DNA of 64,000 nucleotides, taken from an uncultured Gammaproteobacteria bacterium (lineage in GTDB: Bacteria > Pseudomonadota > Gammaproteobacteria > UBA9214). Shown here one piece after another: positions 59,943-64,000 of the stretch (position 1 is the stretch's first letter; each line of letters opens with the position of its first letter). A program made the translations under genes and the position numbers. Under the pieces are notes generated by a model that was not told the origin of the DNA, did not search any database, and worked only from the letters and a program-made list of their open reading frames with translations. The stretch covers positions 21,477 through 85,476 of the forward strand of contig CAVXNM010000078.1 in assembly GCA_963763115.1 (NCBI GenBank), given 5' to 3'.

Positions 59943-60162
59943 GGCTAAAGCACTTGATCCGCAGCTCTGGTAGCAACTCAATGGGTTGCGTTGCTTACTG
60001 TAGATGGATTACTTGTAAGTTAATTGGTAGTTGGATTTGATAGCATCAGATGGGTACTGGCTGGACTGGAGTGTCAGTCCTACCCTTCTTATCTGGCAAT
60101 GAGACCCGCATGTCGGACTCCCGCCACACGCCATGCCGGATAACCGGGTGCAGCGGATAAGA

Positions 60163-62046
60163 TCACTCGCCCTGTATCGCCATCGTCTGCAGCGTGGCAT
60201 AGCCTGCGATGTAATGGACGACCCTGGGGCGCTCGCCACCCACCTGCAACGCGAGAATGCGCTCCTGAACGTCGCGATCGGCCACCGTTACCCGGCCGTG
60301 CTGGCGCAGGTGCTCGGCCCAGGTTTCGGTGACAAAATGTTCGACAAACCGCTCGGGCTGCTCCATATCGCGGAAAACCTGCCAGTACACCGCGCCGTCC
60401 CGCAACCGCACCCGGCGCAGTGAACGCATCGCCTTGAGAAAGCGCCCGACATTTTCGGGTGGTATTCGATACTCCACAGTGACCAGCACCGGCCCGGCGT
60501 CGAGTTCCGGCTTGCCCGCGGGCACCGGCATGGGCCAGTCGGCGGAGGGTGTCAGGTCCACCGCATCGTGGCCACCGATACGCAGCCGCCAGGAGAAGAG
60601 AACCCCGGCCACCAGGCACGCCGCCGCCGCGGCAAGAGCCCACGGGATGCCAAGCCGTTCGGCGATATGACCCCAGCCCACCGAACCGGCGGTCATGCCG
60701 CCCATCAGCACCACCCAGTACATGGCAAGCCCCCGCCCCCGCACCCAGGGCGGAAGCGCCGTCTGTGCCGCCACCTGCAGCGACGCCAGTATCGCCACCC
60801 AGCTGGCGCCCGCCATCAGCATGGCAAGACCCGCGATCCAGACGTTCGAAACAGCCGCCAGCAGAGCGTTAGCCAGGGCGTAAACGATGGTGGCCCAGGC
60901 CACCAGGCGATCCCTGGAAACGCGGGCGTGGACGCGCGGCATGAGCAGCGCGCCGGCCACCGCGCCGATGCCGATGCAGCCGAGCAGCACGCCGTAGAGA
61001 CTCGCCCCGCCGTGCAGTTCCTGGCTGACCAGTACCGGCAGCAGTGCCCACACAGCGCTGGCGAAAGGAAAAAACACAAGCGCCCGCAGCAGCACCCGCT
61101 GCAGCAGCGGCGCATGCCGGGCATAGCGGAAACCGCTCCTTAATCCCCCGACCAAGCGCTCCGCTGGCATCCCCACGACGGTCGGCAGGCGCCTCCAGCG
61201 CAGCAGTGCGACGATAACTGCCAGGAACGAGAGCGTGTTGATCAGGAACACCATGCCGGTGCCGGCTACGGCGACAATCACGCCGGCGAGTGCCGGTCCC
61301 ACCGCACGCGAGATGTTGATGGATAGCGAGATCAGCGCAATCGCCGGCTGCAATTCCGCGCGGGGCACCCATTCCTGCACCGACGCCGACCACGCCGGCG
61401 TCATGACCGCCGCGCCGCAACCGATGAGAAAGGTCATGACGAGCAGCCACCAGGGCGTGGTGAGCCCCGCGAAGGTGCTGGCGGCAAGCAAGCCGGCGAA
61501 CACCAGCATCCACACCTGCGCCGCGATCAACTGCGTGCGACGGTCGATGATGTCGGCAAGTGCACCGGCCGGCAGCGCCAGCAGGAACATGGGCAACGAC
61601 TGGGCCGCCTGCACCAGCGCCACCTTGACGGGCGAATGGGTCAACTCGGTCATCAGCCAGCCGGCGCCCATGGTCTGCATCCAGCTGCCGATGCTGGAGA
61701 CCAGGGCGGCGATCCACAGGCTGCGGAATACCGGGCGGCGCAGCGGATCCCAGGCGGAGACCGGTGCGGGAATGTTTTCCAATGGAGATCCCTCAGGATG
61801 AAAATCAAACAGCTGCCTTCCGATGCCATCGTCCTTCCTGCGGGAGGGGACATCCGAAGCAGCTACTGCACAGGTTAACTCAGGGAATGTTTGGCAGGCG
61901 AGTGGGAATTCAGAATATTGACCAAATCCGGTTGTGGAATCCGCAGCCATACGGTATTTACTCCACCTGCGGTACTGCTCTGCCAAAGCACTTACTGCGA
62001 CCAGACCCATCGCAGGAACCTGCCCCAGAAAAGGGGCCGGATACAA
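60163..62046 (-). CDS. MFS transporter (MFS_3/EntS-like) with an about 110-aa C-terminal cytoplasmic extension
   Basis: Twelve predicted TM helices. FRSLW...GALADIIDRR is the N-terminal signature. The start codon is uncertain (several in-frame Met). Confidence 0.7.
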   Translation of the reverse strand: MYPAPFLGQVPAMGLVAVSALAEQYRRWSKYRMAADSTTGFGQYSEFPLACQTFPELTCAVAASDVPSRRKDDGIGRQLFDFHPEGSPLENIPAPVSAWDPLRRPVFRSLWIAALVSSIGSWMQTMGAGWLMTELTHSPVKVALVQAAQSLPMFLLALPAGALADIIDRRTQLIAAQVWMLVFAGLLAASTFAGLTTPWWLLVMTFLIGCGAAVMTPAWSASVQEWVPRAELQPAIALISLSINISRAVGPALAGVIVAVAGTGMVFLINTLSFLAVIVALLRWRRLPTVVGMPAERLVGGLRSGFRYARHAPLLQRVLLRALVFFPFASAVWALLPVLVSQELHGGASLYGVLLGCIGIGAVAGALLMPRVHARVSRDRLVAWATIVYALANALLAAVSNVWIAGLAMLMAGASWVAILASLQVAAQTALPPWVRGRGLAMYWVVLMGGMTAGSVGWGHIAERLGIPWALAAAAACLVAGVLFSWRLRIGGHDAVDLTPSADWPMPVPAGKPELDAGPVLVTVEYRIPPENVGRFLKAMRSLRRVRLRDGAVYWQVFRDMEQPERFVEHFVTETWAEHLRQHGRVTVADRDVQERILALQVGGERPRVVHYIAGYATLQTMAIQGE

Positions 62047-62472
62047 TTCTCACAAAATTGTATCCGGCCCCTTTATTCAAGGTTGCATTCCTTAAAATCA
62101 CGCCGGACCAAATTCCGGGTAGGCGAAACTGAATGTTACTTGTACTCCGCAAATAGACTGATGAATGCCGACGGTATTTAACCGAAGCCTATCGGAGTCG
62201 TTTTTACCAATAGAACAGCTCCAAGCATTACTGAAACTTCTTTCTGGCTTGACGGCCGAAACATTCAGCGTTATTCCGTACTACCCCTCTTCCCAATAGA
62301 ACGTTCTATCTAAAAGAACGAGTTCAAACACAACGATTTAATAAGTAGAAATACTTAGCCACTGCACATTTGTGCTGACACGAATAATGATCCGGCATGC
62401 AGGAAATAAATCTGTTCTCTTTTCACGTGCTCTTTTCAACGGCGTCTCACGCAGTGCCGGCGAAATGATGGA

Positions 62473-63090
62473 TCAGCCGTCCTCGGTCACGATGTAGGTT
62501 GAAATGCCGTCGATGCTCGTCTGGTTCTTTTCCTCCCAATATTGCTTCAGGCCATCGTCGCCTTTCCTGACGGCCCAGTCCGAGAGCAGTTCTCTATCGC
62601 CAATATAGGCATAATTCGGAACGGCCATTCCGCAGGAGGTCTGCACCAGGTCCAGCGAGACATCGAAGATCTGGCGTGCGCCGGGCAAGGGTTTGAACAG
62701 GGAAAAAAGGCCGTCCCATTCGGGATCGATCCTGTGAATGACTTTTGCCGTACCCTAGAGCCGCAGGATCAGCGGTGCGCCCTCGAAGGCGCAGAACATG
62801 ATGGTCATGCGCGGCGACTGCTGTACATGGGCGGCCGTTTCATTACCGCTGCCGGTGAGATTGAGCCAGGCAACGCGCCGGCTGCCCAGCACCCGGAATG
62901 AATCCATGCCCTTGGGCGAAACATTCACCCGGCTGTCGGCGGTGGCCGTGCCGACGAAAAACATCTTTTGCTCCGCGATGAAATCAATATGCTTGTCGGA
63001 AAGTTCTACGTATCGCTGGCCCATCGGGATTTCCGTGTTGGGTTTGGCTGTCAGTTGATAGATCGATCCGCACGAACGGTAACAGTACAC
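62473..63090 (-). pseudogene. pyridoxamine 5'-phosphate oxidase-like FMN-binding family protein interrupted by an in-frame TAG
   Basis: ORFs 62755-63090 and 62473-62688 are in the same frame, separated only by an amber codon at 62755-62757. The LTGSGNET motif is PNPOx-like. Confidence 0.5.
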
Positions 63091-63502
63091 ACGCGGCCGG
63101 TTGCGCGATCGGATGAATCTCTCTGGATCGAAGACACTATAGCCAGCTGCAGACCAGGCGTCACGGTTGAGTGAATGCGGCGGGTGAGTAGGCGGTTGTG
63201 GAGGATTATTTGTTGTTGTGTCTCAACCAGCATGAGAACGTCTCGATCTATGCAGACCGGACGAAGGTGATTTATCCAGCAAGATCAGTAAGGTTTTGCA
63301 CGCTCTCTGCTCCGCGATCGGTGCAATTTGGCCATTCAAAACTGTCCCTGCCCATTAATTTCCGCTAATATTCGCAGTTCGCCGGCGGGGGTGAACGGCG
63401 TTGCGCGCCCCATCGCATATGCATGCCGCGGGACACGCGGGCGTCCAGCCCCGTTTTACCCCGGCCTCATGTTTTACACGATCAGTGCCTTCGGAGATCA
63501 CC

Positions 63503-64000
63503 ATGCCGATCAGCGTGGCCGTACCCAAAGAAACCGTTCCGGGTGAACGGCGTGTCGCCCTGGTGCCCGGCGTCGCCGAACAGCTCGCCAAAAAGGGATT
63601 GCAGGTGTTGGTTCAGTCCGATGCCGGACTGGGCGCCTTCTACCGCGACAGCGAATACACCTCCGCCCGCATCGCTCCCCGATGCCGACACGCTGTTCGC
63701 CGAGGCCGACATCGTGTTCACGGTGCAGCCGCTGAAGCCCGAGGCTATCGAGAAGCTGCGCAAGGGAACAATCGTCATCGGCTTCCTGCACCCCTATGAA
63801 TTCCCGGAGCGCACCGCGCTGCTGCGCGATCGCGGCATTACGAGCTTCGCCATGGAGCTGGTCCCGCGGCTCTCGCGCGCCCAGAGCATGGATGCGCTCT
63901 CCTCGCAGGCCAATATCGCCGGCTACAAGGCCGCGCTGCTGGCGGCCGAACTGACCGCGCGCTTCTTTCCCATGCTGACCACGGCCGCCGGCACCATCCG
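63503..64000 (+). pseudogene. pntA: NAD(P) transhydrogenase subunit alpha (pntA) 5' portion with an apparent +1 frameshift near 63661-63685
   Basis: Frame 1 matches PntA up to DSEYTSA. PntA-like sequence then continues in another frame (DADTLFAEADIVF...SRAQSMDALSSQANIAGYKA) to the window end. Confidence 0.6.

Overview
This window is a GC-rich (about 62-65%) gammaproteobacterial chromosomal segment. It is dominated by conserved housekeeping and envelope genes: mrcA divergent from pilMNOPQ-aroK-aroB-dgt, gltBD, hemE, hemH, mdh, rpmE, murA, tamAB, cbpA-cbpM-trxC-fieF and an MscK-like channel. Several accessory or non-canonical loci stand out. (1) Two tandem ELM1/DUF1022 paralogs plus a putative glycosyltransferase sit divergent from an ACP, alpha-oxoamine synthase (SPT/KAPA-synthase family), murA and Sfp-type PPTase operon; this is a candidate amino-lipid or glycolipid biosynthetic cluster. 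(2) A non-canonical Anbu (bacterial proteasome-homolog) locus lacks the usual transglutaminase gene and has anbu inverted. (3) A Ycf46-like AAA+ ATPase sits beside a Rof-like protein. (4) A cluster of DnaA boxes lies next to a sharply AT-rich tract. (5) A roughly 170-bp element is bounded by perfect 23-bp inverted repeats upstream of a DsrL-like GltD-family flavoprotein. (6) A REP-like dispersed repeat occurs at two loci. (7) Two apparent gene disruptions lie at the 3' end: an in-frame amber stop in a PNPOx-like gene and a frameshift in pntA. No CRISPR array, rRNA, tRNA or obvious transposase genes were seen. Coordinates of CDS features include the stop codon. Start sites are inferred from homology-pattern recall, without database confirmation.
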